64,000 nt of DNA from a virus, in IMG/VR virus record IMGVR_UViG_3300047557_002467, positions 1 through 64,000 of that record, one strand, 5' to 3'. The position numbers were made by a program, and so were the translations under genes. Of the stretch, positions 35,096 through 46,900 are shown piece by piece. The notes under the pieces are model-generated. The model made no database searches and was not told where the DNA came from. It saw only the letters and a program-made list of their open reading frames with translations. Positions within the stretch are counted from its first letter, which is position 1. Every line of letters begins with the position of its first letter.

Positions 35096-38000
35096 TTACT
35101 CTAATTTTGATTTAACGTACTCTTCTAGTTTTTTAATTTGTTCACTTTGTTCTTTAATTGCTTGAATAAGAAGCGGAACAATCTTTTCATACTTAACTGC
35201 CTTATATCCGTTTGCTCTTGTAGTTACTACTTCAGGCAATACTTTTTCTATTTCTTGAGCAATAACACCTATATCGTGACCTTCAAATCCGTGTATCTCT
35301 TCATTAGGAATCCAATCAAACTCGTATCCCGTAATCTCTGCTATCTTAAACAATGCATCTTGAATAGGTGTTACATTGGTTTTCAATCTTTCATCCGATG
35401 TACTAAACGCTACTACGTCATTTGAAGCATCAATACGACCTACTGTAGCTGATGGTGCTATACCTCCTACTGCAAGTGATCCTGATATACCTGCACTACC
35501 GGTTATCATATTTAAGGTACCGTTCCAATGAAACCTTACATTACCACCACCATCTGCAAGTACTACGTTGTTATTAGTACCTGCTGCAAGAGTTACATTT
35601 GCACCTACGACTGTATTGCAAGCACCTGTTGTTATAGCACATCCAGCAAGTGACCCAATTGTTGTATTTAGAGTACCCGTAGTAACAGAATATAGAGATC
35701 TATCACCTACAGCAGTGTTTTGAGTACCTGTAGTATTTGCTCTCAATGAATTGACACCTACTGCTGTATTACATATTCCAGTAGTGTTTGCTATAAGAGT
35801 GTTTGCACCAAGTGCTGTATTTGCAGCACCAGTAGTGTTTGCACACAAACTAGCATGTCCGAAGGCTAGGTTATCAAATCCGGTCGTATTAGCAACAAGT
35901 GCATTTGTTCCAACTGCAACGTTTCTAACACCGGTAGTGTTAGAATTTAAAGCTCTATAACCAACAGCTACGTTTGCGTTTGCAGAAGTTGACCCAAAGT
36001 TTTGATTACCTAAAGCACAAAAGCCTACTGCTACGTTGGCATTTCCTGTTGTACTAAACCTCATTGCACTATGGCCTACTACAGTGTTTCGATTACCAAT
36101 GGTATTTAATCCTAGAGTAATGCTACCTAAAGCTGTGTTGTATGCACCGTAGGTGTTACACAACATGGATGAAAAGCCTATTGCTTCGTTGAAGCTTCCT
36201 GTTATATTTTTATAAAGTGCTCCACTACCTACAGCTGTGTTACCTCTTCCTGTAGTATTTACTCTCAAAGCACTCTCTCCTACAGCTGTGCTAGAGCAAC
36301 CTGTCGTGTTAGCATCTAAAGCGTAGGATCCAACAGCTGTATTTCTACAACCAATAGTATTCAACCTTAATGCCCTAAATCCAATTCCAACGTTATCTGG
36401 ACCTGTTGTATTAGTTCTTAGTGCTTGAGCACCTACTGCTGTAGTATTCGATGCTGTGTTATATCTTAAAGAATAATAACCAACCGCAACATTATTTACA
36501 CCAGTACTATTTGTGTACAATGCACTGCGACCTACAGCTGTATTTCTACAACCAGTAGTGTTAAGTCTCATTGTTTGAATACCTAACGCTACGTTATTAG
36601 ACCCTAGAGTGTTTGAGAAAAGACTTAAGTATCCTACAGCAGTATTATTTGGTGCAACATTATTACGTAAACTGTTTACTCCTACTGCAGTATTATTATT
36701 GCTTGATACGTTCGCACATAATGCGTAACTACCTACTGCTGTATTAGTGAGACCTGAAGAGTTGAATCTTAAAGCATTTAAACCCAATGCAGTGTTGTTA
36801 CTGCCTGATGCATTAGAACAAAGTGCAGCATAGCCTAATGCAGTGTTCTGTGATCCTGATTGATTTAGTCTTAATGCGTTTGTACCAACTGCTGTGTTGC
36901 AAGAAGTTGTTAAGTTACATAAGAGAGCATATCTTCCAACAGCTGTATTATTATTACCAACTGTATTATTCCTTAATGAGTAAGATCCAACTGCTGTATT
37001 GCAATTACCTGTTGTATTAAAAAGTAAAGTTGCTCTACCAACTGCAACATTACTAATACCATATGTGTTATTACGTAATCCCCACAAACCTACTGCTACG
37101 TTATCGTTACCTGTTGTATTACGATTTAATGCGCACAAACCGATTCCTACATTATTATTACCTATTGTATTGCATAATAAAGCTCTATAACCAACTGCTA
37201 CGTTATTGAAACCAGTTGTATTAGCGTAAAGTGTTTGAGTTCCTATTGAAGTATTAAAACTACCTATTGTATTAAATCGTAAGGCAGATAGACCTAAAGC
37301 TGTATTAAATGAACCTTCTGTGTTATCTCTTAACGCATTAACACCTAATGCTACGTTACTACTACCCGACGTGTTAGCACAAAGTGCTGCATATCCTAAT
37401 GCTGTGTTAAATGAACCAGATTGAGCTAATCTTAGTGCGTTATAACCTACAGCTGTATTACAAGATGTTGTTATGTTACATAGAAGAGCACTTCCTCCTA
37501 AACCAACGTTGAAAGTACCTGTTGTATTATTAAATAATACACCAGAACCTATAGCTGTATTACTTGATACTCTGTTATTAAATAAAGCTTGCTGACCTAC
37601 TGCAGTGTTATTTTGACCTGATGTATTACACCTCATCGCTTGCTCACCTACAGCCACATTCAAATTACCTGTGGTATTTCCGTACAATGCTCCGTAACCT
37701 ACAGCAATATTACTTCTACCCGAAATATTAGAAAATAAAGCACTAGCACCTAAAGCAACATTTCTACATCCAGTTGTATTAACCCTTAATGCAATATTAC
37801 CTACTGCAACATTTCTATCACCAACCGTATTAGCTCTTAGAGCTGTGTTACCAATTGCAACGTTTGCAACTCCTGTTGTATTATATCTTAAAGCATCTGC
37901 ACCAAATGCGTTGTTTGCACTTCCTGATATATTACTGCAAAGTGCATTATATCCAAATGCATTATTAAGAGATCCTGATTGAGATAGTCTTAATGCATTT

Positions 38001-40387
38001 GCACCTACTGCAGTGTTGCAAGAAGTTGTTAAGTTGCAAAGTAGTGCAGCTGAACCAATAGCTACATTATTAACACCTGTTGTATTAAATCTTAATGCAC
38101 TACCACCTATTGCTATGTTACTGTTTCCAGTTGTATTAAAATATAATGAATAAACTCCTAAAGCAATATTAGAATTACCTGTTGTATTACATCTCATTGA
38201 TACAAAGCCAGATGCAAAGTTAAAACAACCTATAGTGTTAGCAATTAGAGCTTCATGTCCAATAGCAACATTATATCTGCCTGTGGTATTGCTGCCTAAA
38301 GAACGATTACCTATTGCTGTATTACCAATACCTGTGGTATTGTTGAGAAGTGAATAAAAACCCACTGCTGTATTAAGAGATCCTACTGAATTTGCTCTTA
38401 AAGCTAAATGACCTATCGCGGTATTACCACTACCCGATACATTAGAACATAGAGCAGAGAAGCCTAATGCTGTATTAAGTGATCCTGATGCATTATATCT
38501 TAATGCGTTTGCACCAACTGCTGTGTTGCAAGAAGTTGTTAGATTAAATTGAAGAGCATTTGAACCAATAGCAGTATTACTTGTACCTGTTGTGTTTGAT
38601 GGAAGAGAGTAAGTGCCTAAAGCAGTATTATTTGTACCTATTGTATTAACACCTAAACTTCTGAACCCTACCGCAGTATTACTAAAACCTGTTGTATTAA
38701 GTCTTAATGAACAAAATCCAACAGCAGTATTATTTTCCCCGGTTGTATTACACTGTAGAGATAAAGTACCGACAGCTGTATTTCTATCAACTAAACTACT
38801 TTGCAAAGCACCAGAACCTAACGCTACGTTACAAGATGCTGTTACGTTGCTGTATAAAGCATTTGCACCAATTGCTACATTGTTTATCCCTGTAGTATTG
38901 CACCTCATTGTTAAAGTACCTAGTGCTATGTTATTAGTACCGGTATTTCTGCACAAAGTTATATAGCCTATTGCAATGTTGTTACTTCCACAAGCAGTAA
39001 ACATTGCATCATAGCCAATAGCAACATTTCTCGATCCTGCAGCACCAAATAACAAAGTTCTATGTCCTACAGCTACGTTCTTAACGCCACCTGTATTGCA
39101 GTATAGTGATTGTCTTCCTACAGCTGTATTATTATATCCTGTAAGATTATTTTGTAAAGAGTTTGTACCTACTGCTACATTTTGAAAACCTGATGTGTTA
39201 GCTCTTAAGGCATTAACACCTAGAGCTAAGTTACTACTACCTGATACATTTGCACAAAGTGCTGCGTACCCTAAAGCAGTGTTTTGTGAACCTGATTGAT
39301 TTAATCTTAATGCGTTTCCACCTACTGCAGTGTTTGCTGATGTTGTTATGTTACAGAATAGAGCATGACTGCCTAAACCTGTATTATTGTTACCTGTTGT
39401 ATTGTTTCTAAGTGATTGGTATCCTATTGCTGTATTACTGGCACCAGTTGTGTTATTTGATAGTGCTCGATAGCCTACAGCTGTATTTCCTGATACCGTA
39501 TTTGCACGAAGTGCTTGATGACCTATAGCAGTATTACCAGTACCGCTTACAATACTATATAACGATCCTTCTCCAATTGATATATTAAATGAGTTTCTAC
39601 CAAATACTTGAGAGTAACCTCCAATAGCAACGTTTTGCTGACCTGTGGTGTTACTTCTTAAAGCACCAATACCAAGTGCAATATTCCTACTTCCACCTAT
39701 ATTTGAACACAGTGTGTCTGGTCCAATTGCCACGTTACTATTTCCGGTAGTGTTAAATAACAGAGCAAAAACTCCTACTCCTACATTACCTCCACCAGAT
39801 GTAGTACATTGTAATGCTCGATAACCTACAGCCGTGTTGTTAGTACCTGTAGTATTATTTGCTAAGGTAGAAGTACCCAATGCTGTATTAGTAAGTACTG
39901 CATTGCCACCTCTACCTACAATTATTCCGTCAATTAAGGCATCGTTGATACTAGTTAAATTAGTTACAATAGCACTAGAACCTGATACGTATGATGCTGA
40001 AATTGAAGTAATAGCACTACCGGATATTGATCCTGTAATTCCACCTGATACGTTTAAAGAGCCTGTAATGAAAGTGCTTCCACTAATATCTAGTTTCCCG
40101 TTTAAATTACTTTCTTTTCCAATTCCTACAGAGGATTGGCTTACAAAGAAAGCTCTGGTTCCAAACTGACCAATTCTAACTGTATTATCAGAAAAAGCTT
40201 CAATTACAGGAAGACCGGATACTGTGTTTACGGAAAATAAGGATCCCGACATAGTGTCGTTAATCTGAAATAATCTACCACTGTTTCCGTCCACTGAAAC
40301 GAGGGAGGAAGTGGTGGCACTACCAGAACCTATTACACTTAGTACATTTTGAGAACCGGTTACGACCGTACACTGTAAATATGCCAT
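35096..40387 (-). CDS. Giant tail fibre: 14-residue NTAVG beta-solenoid repeats plus C-terminal Peptidase S74 intramolecular chaperone
   Basis: Long array of N[TV]A[VIL]G..AL..N repeats; SDERLK...GVIAQEIEKVLPEVV...V.YEKIVPLLIQAIKE. Confidence 0.88.
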   Translation of the reverse strand: MAYLQCTVVTGSQNVLSVIGSGSATTSSLVSVDGNSGRLFQINDTMSGSLFSVNTVSGLPVIEAFSDNTVRIGQFGTRAFFVSQSSVGIGKESNLNGKLDISGSTFITGSLNVSGGITGSISGSAITSISASYVSGSSAIVTNLTSINDALIDGIIVGRGGNAVLTNTALGTSTLANNTTGTNNTAVGYRALQCTTSGGGNVGVGVFALLFNTTGNSNVAIGPDTLCSNIGGSRNIALGIGALRSNTTGQQNVAIGGYSQVFGRNSFNISIGEGSLYSIVSGTGNTAIGHQALRANTVSGNTAVGYRALSNNTTGASNTAIGYQSLRNNTTGNNNTGLGSHALFCNITTSANTAVGGNALRLNQSGSQNTALGYAALCANVSGSSNLALGVNALRANTSGFQNVAVGTNSLQNNLTGYNNTAVGRQSLYCNTGGVKNVAVGHRTLLFGAAGSRNVAIGYDAMFTACGSNNIAIGYITLCRNTGTNNIALGTLTMRCNTTGINNVAIGANALYSNVTASCNVALGSGALQSSLVDRNTAVGTLSLQCNTTGENNTAVGFCSLRLNTTGFSNTAVGFRSLGVNTIGTNNTALGTYSLPSNTTGTSNTAIGSNALQFNLTTSCNTAVGANALRYNASGSLNTALGFSALCSNVSGSGNTAIGHLALRANSVGSLNTAVGFYSLLNNTTGIGNTAIGNRSLGSNTTGRYNVAIGHEALIANTIGCFNFASGFVSMRCNTTGNSNIALGVYSLYFNTTGNSNIAIGGSALRFNTTGVNNVAIGSAALLCNLTTSCNTAVGANALRLSQSGSLNNAFGYNALCSNISGSANNAFGADALRYNTTGVANVAIGNTALRANTVGDRNVAVGNIALRVNTTGCRNVALGASALFSNISGRSNIAVGYGALYGNTTGNLNVAVGEQAMRCNTSGQNNTAVGQQALFNNRVSSNTAIGSGVLFNNTTGTFNVGLGGSALLCNITTSCNTAVGYNALRLAQSGSFNTALGYAALCANTSGSSNVALGVNALRDNTEGSFNTALGLSALRFNTIGSFNTSIGTQTLYANTTGFNNVAVGYRALLCNTIGNNNVGIGLCALNRNTTGNDNVAVGLWGLRNNTYGISNVAVGRATLLFNTTGNCNTAVGSYSLRNNTVGNNNTAVGRYALLCNLTTSCNTAVGTNALRLNQSGSQNTALGYAALCSNASGSNNTALGLNALRFNSSGLTNTAVGSYALCANVSSNNNTAVGVNSLRNNVAPNNTAVGYLSLFSNTLGSNNVALGIQTMRLNTTGCRNTAVGRSALYTNSTGVNNVAVGYYSLRYNTASNTTAVGAQALRTNTTGPDNVGIGFRALRLNTIGCRNTAVGSYALDANTTGCSSTAVGESALRVNTTGRGNTAVGSGALYKNITGSFNEAIGFSSMLCNTYGAYNTALGSITLGLNTIGNRNTVVGHSAMRFSTTGNANVAVGFCALGNQNFGSTSANANVAVGYRALNSNTTGVRNVAVGTNALVANTTGFDNLAFGHASLCANTTGAANTALGANTLIANTTGICNTAVGVNSLRANTTGTQNTAVGDRSLYSVTTGTLNTTIGSLAGCAITTGACNTVVGANVTLAAGTNNNVVLADGGGNVRFHWNGTLNMITGSAGISGSLAVGGIAPSATVGRIDASNDVVAFSTSDERLKTNVTPIQDALFKIAEITGYEFDWIPNEEIHGFEGHDIGVIAQEIEKVLPEVVTTRANGYKAVKYEKIVPLLIQAIKEQSEQIKKLEEYVKSKLE

Positions 40388-40459
40388 ATATCTCCTGCAG
40401 TTTTACTTGGATACTTATCCTTGCATATAAATAGATACTTTGACCAAAAGCATGCTTAT

Positions 40460-40726
40460 TTACGGTTCAGGATTTGGATCCGACCACTCCGGAGTTGCTA
40501 GAATTTCTAGTATTTCATTGTAGGTATAAGGACCTTCCTTTGTTGTTAGTGCTGCTACGGAAGACGGGATCGTGGTTCCGTCCCATTTTACAAATGTCTT
40601 AGTTTCGTCTACTGACTTTCTAACTGTGTCAATTGATGTTTCTAATACTTCGTTGAAATTAATTTGATGTAATTCAGATACTTCAAATATCATGAATTCT
40701 CTGTTATCGTATTGTCCTTCTACCAT
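40460..40726 (-). CDS. Small acidic fibre-associated hypothetical protein
   Basis: ORF track; RKSVDETKTFVKW...YTYNEILEIL..PEW. Confidence 0.75.
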   Translation of the reverse strand: MVEGQYDNREFMIFEVSELHQINFNEVLETSIDTVRKSVDETKTFVKWDGTTIPSSVAALTTKEGPYTYNEILEILATPEWSDPNPEP

Positions 40727-40738
40727 AGTTTTATTGTT

Positions 40739-41458
40739 TTATAGTCCGAATCTTGATTTTTGTGCGTTGTAGTTTTGTGCTACTTCTGAAGCTGAAAGGG
40801 CTCTGTTATACATTTTTACTGAGCTTATTGCCATGTTTATATTATTAAAACCGTTACTTCTGCTTCCAACTGCTAAGGTTGTTGTAGTGTTTGTGATATT
40901 AGATGTTATTTGGATAGAAGTTGATTGTAAAACACCGTTAAAATACATTCTATAAAAATTACCGTCGTAGGTACTTAAAAATTGACCCCATTTTTGTAAT
41001 ACTAAACTTGTTGCTAGAAAAGCATTAGCTCCAGTTTGTACGTTACTTGCAAATCTTTCAGCTGAGAATTGTACAGTTGACTCTGTCATATTTGCTAATA
41101 TCAAATTATATCCATCTCTACCAACAACTATACTATTTTCACGGCTTACCATCATTCTAGCACCTGCTTGCAAAGTTTGTAAGTTACCCCAAATCTCGAT
41201 TGTAAAAGGATCAACGTTTAAAAAATTTATAACACTATTAGATGCAAAAGTAGTACTATCATCTGTTCCATCATATACAATACTACCGCCGTTAGCTGAA
41301 TTAAAAGTAGGTCCGTTGACTAAAGTACCGTTAATGCCATTTCCGGACATATCTCTCCAAGAAGTTCCACTACCCGGATATGAATTCCTATCCGCAGCAT
41401 TTAGCGATAATACTAAGCCTGAAGTTACTATTTGACCAAATGCATATTCTGTTGCCAT
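40739..41458 (-). CDS. LamG/concanavalin A-like lectin domain protein (paralog 3)
   Basis: IVTSGLVLSLNAADRNSYPGSGT.W.D.SG...YNRALSASEV.QNYNA.K.RFGL. Confidence 0.85.
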   Translation of the reverse strand: MATEYAFGQIVTSGLVLSLNAADRNSYPGSGTSWRDMSGNGINGTLVNGPTFNSANGGSIVYDGTDDSTTFASNSVINFLNVDPFTIEIWGNLQTLQAGARMMVSRENSIVVGRDGYNLILANMTESTVQFSAERFASNVQTGANAFLATSLVLQKWGQFLSTYDGNFYRMYFNGVLQSTSIQITSNITNTTTTLAVGSRSNGFNNINMAISSVKMYNRALSASEVAQNYNAQKSRFGL

Positions 41459-41461
41459 AAC

Positions 41462-43285
41462 TTATAATCCAAATCTTGTTTTAGTTGCGTTATAGTTTTG
41501 TTGAATTTCACCAACCGATAACACTCTATCGTATATGCTAATGTTTGCAACATTATTATTTGATGTCACAAGTCTATCTACTTGTAAATCTAAGTTTTGA
41601 AAAGAAGCTGTAGAAAGAGTATTTGTATTAACAAGAGATCCGTTAATATAAGTTCTCAAAACATTAGACGAGTCTTTAGTGTATGTAATATAATTCCAAC
41701 CACTTATACTACTTTGATAAAAAGCTGGTGATTGTCTTGCTCCAGTTGAAGGCCACATGCCTATATTATTGTTTGTTGTTAGAGTTCCTGCTGAGTTTCT
41801 TATTCTAACATCTTGTTGAGCTCTTGAAATGCTATCTGTAAATCCTGAAGAGGTTACAAAAGTGTTATCAACACTTCCGCTCGAGTTTAGTCTTATAAAT
41901 GTTTTGAATGGTGTACCGTTGTAAGTTAAAGTAACGTAAAAGTTGCTACTATTGCCTAATAGTATTTTACCATCTTTTTGTGCTGCTACTACTGTAGCTA
42001 TGCTACCGTTATTTATTCCAGTACCTATATTAAATGTGCTGTCATAAGTACCGTCTGTATTTATCCTAACTATGCAGTTTGCAGAACTTCCAGAATAAGA
42101 GGTAAAGTTTCCTGTTAAAATTACTTTATTGTCTGATTGTATTGTGATATCGTATATAGTTGAAAATCCTCCAAAACTACCTACAACAAAAGTGTCATCT
42201 CTTGTACCATTCGGATTTATTCTTACTAGTCTTGGGGATACTGATCCGCTGTAAGAATTAAATAACCTGCCCCAACATACAAGTCTGTTTTGAGAATCTA
42301 ATTTACATACTATATTTGCAGTGTTATCAAATCCAACACCAGGATTAAAATTAGGATCTAAGCTACCTGAAACATCTAATTTAACTATTTGTCTAATTAA
42401 AGTACCCTTATAAGATGTTATAGTTGCTCCAAAAACATACAAATACTTATCACTGGTTAGAAATATTTGACCTGTATTTGGTTGAGCATTTAGACCATTT
42501 GCTGTATCAAAAACTGTACTTATAGCTAAGGTATCTAAATTAAAAGCACATAAATAATTTCTTGATAAACCAGATACAGATGTATATGCTCCTGAATGAT
42601 AAACTGTTCTATTATCTTCATCAATAACAAAATAAGCACTTATAGATGTAGCAGGATCAAAATAAACCAAGAATTGTCCTGTTTCTCTATTTGCTTTTCT
42701 AAAAAAACCTAAATTAGTTCCTGACGAATATAAAAATCCGTCGTTACCTGGAAGAATTTGATGTTGATTTACTGCCGCACCTGGAGTGTAGTTAAAATCA
42801 AAGTTTGTATCTAAAGCACCACTAGGGGTTAATTTAATGCCAAACCATCTAGGAGTACTATCCCAAATTCCATTCCCAAAAGTACCAAAATAAATACTAC
42901 CGCTATTATCAAAGTTTATCTGTGATATCCCTTGAAAATAAGATCTTGTCCAAGTAATAGTTCCAGATTTACTTGTTGAGCTAATAGGTAGATTATAAAA
43001 ATTTTGATTGTTAACATTATAAGTGTAAAAGAACCAAGATGCTATGCTCCAATTAGAAGTTAAATTTGTTTCTGTTATCTGAGTTGTGTCGTCAGCACCA
43101 TCGAATAATATATTACCTCCATTTGAACTATTAAATGTAGGTCCATTCAGTAAGGTTCCATTATTGTTCTGTCCACTTAAATCTCTCCAGGTAGTACCTG
43201 ATCCTACATACGAATTCCTGTCTGCTGCATCTAGAGTTAGTACTAATCCGTCTTGAATGATATCTGGTCCTCCTGCTACTGACAT
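41462..43285 (-). CDS. LamG protein with inserted delta-60 (DUF5122-like) beta-propeller repeats
   Basis: LamG termini shared with the paralogs; internal [RK]L..[DS]G.LD..F and Q.D.K repeats. Confidence 0.8.
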   Translation of the reverse strand: MSVAGGPDIIQDGLVLTLDAADRNSYVGSGTTWRDLSGQNNNGTLLNGPTFNSSNGGNILFDGADDTTQITETNLTSNWSIASWFFYTYNVNNQNFYNLPISSTSKSGTITWTRSYFQGISQINFDNSGSIYFGTFGNGIWDSTPRWFGIKLTPSGALDTNFDFNYTPGAAVNQHQILPGNDGFLYSSGTNLGFFRKANRETGQFLVYFDPATSISAYFVIDEDNRTVYHSGAYTSVSGLSRNYLCAFNLDTLAISTVFDTANGLNAQPNTGQIFLTSDKYLYVFGATITSYKGTLIRQIVKLDVSGSLDPNFNPGVGFDNTANIVCKLDSQNRLVCWGRLFNSYSGSVSPRLVRINPNGTRDDTFVVGSFGGFSTIYDITIQSDNKVILTGNFTSYSGSSANCIVRINTDGTYDSTFNIGTGINNGSIATVVAAQKDGKILLGNSSNFYVTLTYNGTPFKTFIRLNSSGSVDNTFVTSSGFTDSISRAQQDVRIRNSAGTLTTNNNIGMWPSTGARQSPAFYQSSISGWNYITYTKDSSNVLRTYINGSLVNTNTLSTASFQNLDLQVDRLVTSNNNVANISIYDRVLSVGEIQQNYNATKTRFGL

Positions 43286-43286
43286 A

Positions 43287-43979
43287 TTATAATCCGAATC
43301 TTGTTTTAGTTGCGTTATAGTTTTGTACTACTTCTGATGCTGAGAGAGCTCTGTTATAATGTCTATGTAATGCTACATCTCCTTTGAAATATTCGGTTGC
43401 TGCACCTGTTCTACCTATAATGTAATCTAAAGTATTACTTACATTTATAGAACCTATATTGCTTGAAGTTACAAATGTACCATTAACGTAACAGGATACC
43501 TCATTTAAACTATCTCTTGTATAACTAAATTGATACCATGTATCTAAACTAGCTGTAGGAATAGATTGTACAAAAGTACTTGTAACTCCAACAAAAAATT
43601 CTATTCCAGCAAGATAGTGTCCTTCAGGTACTTTTCCAAAAAAACAAATCCAACCAGTTTGTTGCCAGAATCCTTTAGAAACTACCTTACTATAATTGAT
43701 AGTATTTGTTGTAGCTCTTGCATAAAACTCTATACTAAAAGGGCTACTTCCTACGTTCAGAATATTACCCATTGTTACAAAATCATTTGTTCCATCAAAC
43801 ACAATACTACCACCGTTAGCACTATTGAAAGTAGGTCCGTTAGTCAAAGTACCGTTGAAGTTATTTCCACTTAAATCTCTCCATGTAGTTCCACTACCAG
43901 GATAAGAATTCCTATCCGCTGCGTCTAGTGATAATACTAATCCTGATGTTACAACAGTGGGTCCGTTTGAAAATGCCAT
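43287..43979 (-). CDS. LamG/concanavalin A-like lectin domain protein (paralog 1)
   Basis: Same conserved N- and C-termini as 40739-41458. Confidence 0.85.
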   Translation of the reverse strand: MAFSNGPTVVTSGLVLSLDAADRNSYPGSGTTWRDLSGNNFNGTLTNGPTFNSANGGSIVFDGTNDFVTMGNILNVGSSPFSIEFYARATTNTINYSKVVSKGFWQQTGWICFFGKVPEGHYLAGIEFFVGVTSTFVQSIPTASLDTWYQFSYTRDSLNEVSCYVNGTFVTSSNIGSINVSNTLDYIIGRTGAATEYFKGDVALHRHYNRALSASEVVQNYNATKTRFGL

Positions 43980-43983
43980 ACCT

Positions 43984-46900
43984 CTATTTTACTTTACTCT
44001 TTAATACACTAATTTCTTGTGAAAGTTCCTGAATTGCTTTTACCAAAATTGGTACTAACTTGGTGTACGAGATACCTTCCGGTTCGTCATTGCCATTCAT
44101 AGTTACTACCTCAGGTAGAACCTCTTTTACTTCTTCTGCAATTAAACCGAACTGAAGATCGTTACCCTGTGCTGGATTGATCCAGTAGAATGATACAGGT
44201 CTTAACTTACCTACCACAGTTAACTGAGACGGTAGATTAGTAATGCTACTCTTGTATCTCTTTGAAGAAGTTTCAATCACACACACAGCTCTCATGGTAC
44301 CGTTGATGTCTACCTGGAAGCCTGGTACTGTTGTACCAAATCCTGTAAATCCTGTAGAACCAGTTGTAAACATTCTAATATTACCTGCACCGTCTGATAC
44401 TATAATGTTACAGTTTTGTGTAGCTATTAAAGAGCCTGAATTTGCCCCAATTACTACGTTACAAGCACCAGTTGTTATTGAACATCCTGAATTGACTCCT
44501 AAGCCTGTGTTTCTAATTCCTGTAGTGATGTTGAATAGAGTATTTGATCCTACAGCTGTATTATAAGTTCCACCTGTGTTACAAACTAAAGCATTTTTAC
44601 CGACTGCAACGTTGTTTATACCTGTTGTATTAACAAATAATGCGCCATGTCCGACTGCAGTATTTTGTTCTCCTGTCGTATTAGCTCTAAGAGCACATCC
44701 GCCAACTGCTGTATTATACCTACCGATTGTATTATTACAAAGTGCGTCAACACCTACACCTACGCTATTCGTACCCGTAGTATTACCTGCCATTGCACCG
44801 TTACCTACTGCAGTGTTGTTATTTCCACTATTTGAGTATAAAGTTCTAAAACCAACTCCTACACTGCATGAGCCTGCAGTACCGGTTGTCATAGAGGTAA
44901 ATCCGATAGCTACATTTCTAATTCCTGTGACGTTACTTCTTAATGCTAATGTTCCAAGAGCTACATTATAAGAACCTCCAGTTAATCCATTACCTGCACA
45001 TAATCCGACAGCTACGTTATTCACACCTGTTGTCGCAGCTACTAGAGAACTTACACCGACAGCCGTATTGTTAGAACCTACCGTATTATTAACAAGTGCA
45101 TTATAACCTACAGCTACGTTATTAACACCAGTAGTATTAAGTGCTAAAGTTCTAGAACCTAATGCTGTATTACATCCGCCTGTTGTATTTGATGATAAAG
45201 CAATTCTACCTAATGCAGCGTTGTGATTACCTGTCGTATTGCATAATAATGCGTTATTACCTATTGCTGTGTTATAAGTACCTATCGTGTTATTCTGTAA
45301 AGCAGAAATACCAACTGCGACGTTATTAGATGTCGTATTCGTAGTTAGTGCAGATTGTCCTATTGCTATGTTACTACTTCCAGATACATTAGTAAATAAA
45401 GCAGAAGTTCCTATCGCTAAGTTACTGCCACCGGAAGTATTATTGTATAGGGCAGCTCTACCTACTGCTACGTTGTTTGATCCTTCATTGTTAGCTCTTA
45501 AAGCTAAAGATCCAATGCTTACATTACACGTTCCTATAGTATTATCTCTACCAGCTAATCTACCTACAGCAGTATTTTCAGTACCTGTAGTATTACTTCT
45601 TAATGCACAGAATCCAACTGCTGTATTATTAGATGTTGTATTATATCTTAATGCTTGTTGACCAATCGCTGTATTACTTGAACCGGCTACATTTGATTGT
45701 AACGCACTACTACCTATTGCTACGTTATTTAAACCTACCGTATTACATGTTAATGCAACATTACCTATTGCTGTATTACAGTAACCGGTAGTGTTAGAGC
45801 ACAAAGCGCTCATACCTATAGCAGTATTAAAATTACCTGTAGTGTTAAATCTTAATGTATTACCTCCTACTGCTGTATTATAATTGCCTATAGTATTCTC
45901 TCTTAAAGAGCTAAGACCTACTGATGTGTTGTTGTTTCCTGTTAGGTTAGAAGTAAGAGCAAAAGGACCTACTGCTATGTTACCAGAACCACATGTATTA
46001 AGTCTTAATGCTTCATTACCTACAGCTACGTTATTTGCACCAGTTACGTTACGGTAAAGAGATTGCCATCCTACTGCGGTTAAGTTTGAACCAGCCGTAT
46101 TAGTTCTTAGTGCTTGAGCACCTACTGCTGTATTAAATGAAGCTACGTTCTCTCTTAATGCAAAAACACCTATAGCTGTATTCTGTTGTCCTACTGTGTT
46201 TGTAATTAATGCACTATCACCGACTGCGGTGTTACAGTTACCTGTTGTATTGTATCTAAGAGCAAACCTACCTACAGCAGTGTTTATACTACCAATTGTA
46301 TTGGCAGTCATGGCAAAATCACCAAATGCACTATTGCTGCTTGCAGTATTATTACGAAGTGTTTGAGTACCAAAAGCTGTGTTGTTTCCGCCTGTCTGGT
46401 TACAAGCTAGAGCTAGTTGACCAACAGCTACGTTATTCGAACCTACTGTGTTTGAAGTTAACGCACTATCTCCTACAGCTGTATTTGTAGTACCTGTTGT
46501 ATTTGCGACTAATGTACTAAAACCTAAAGCTGTATTTGACGATGCTTCATTAACTCTTAAACTAAGGTGACCTACAGCAGTATTTTGAATTCCTGTTTGA
46601 TTATATCTAAGTGCACCGTATCCCACTGCTACTTGATTATTAGATCTCAATCTAAATCCTGCGTTCTGACCTACTGCTACATTTCTACATCCGGTACTGT
46701 TATATCTTAACGCACCACTTCCTACAGCAACATTTTCTTGACCGGTAGTGTTACCAACCAAAGAACATGCACCTACAGCTACGTTAAATGAACCAATAGT
46801 GTTTAATCTTAGAGAACATAATCCTATCGCTACGTTATCAGTACCTGAAGTGTTTCCGGCTAGAGCGACAAATCCTAATGCCGTATTATTACTACCTGAT

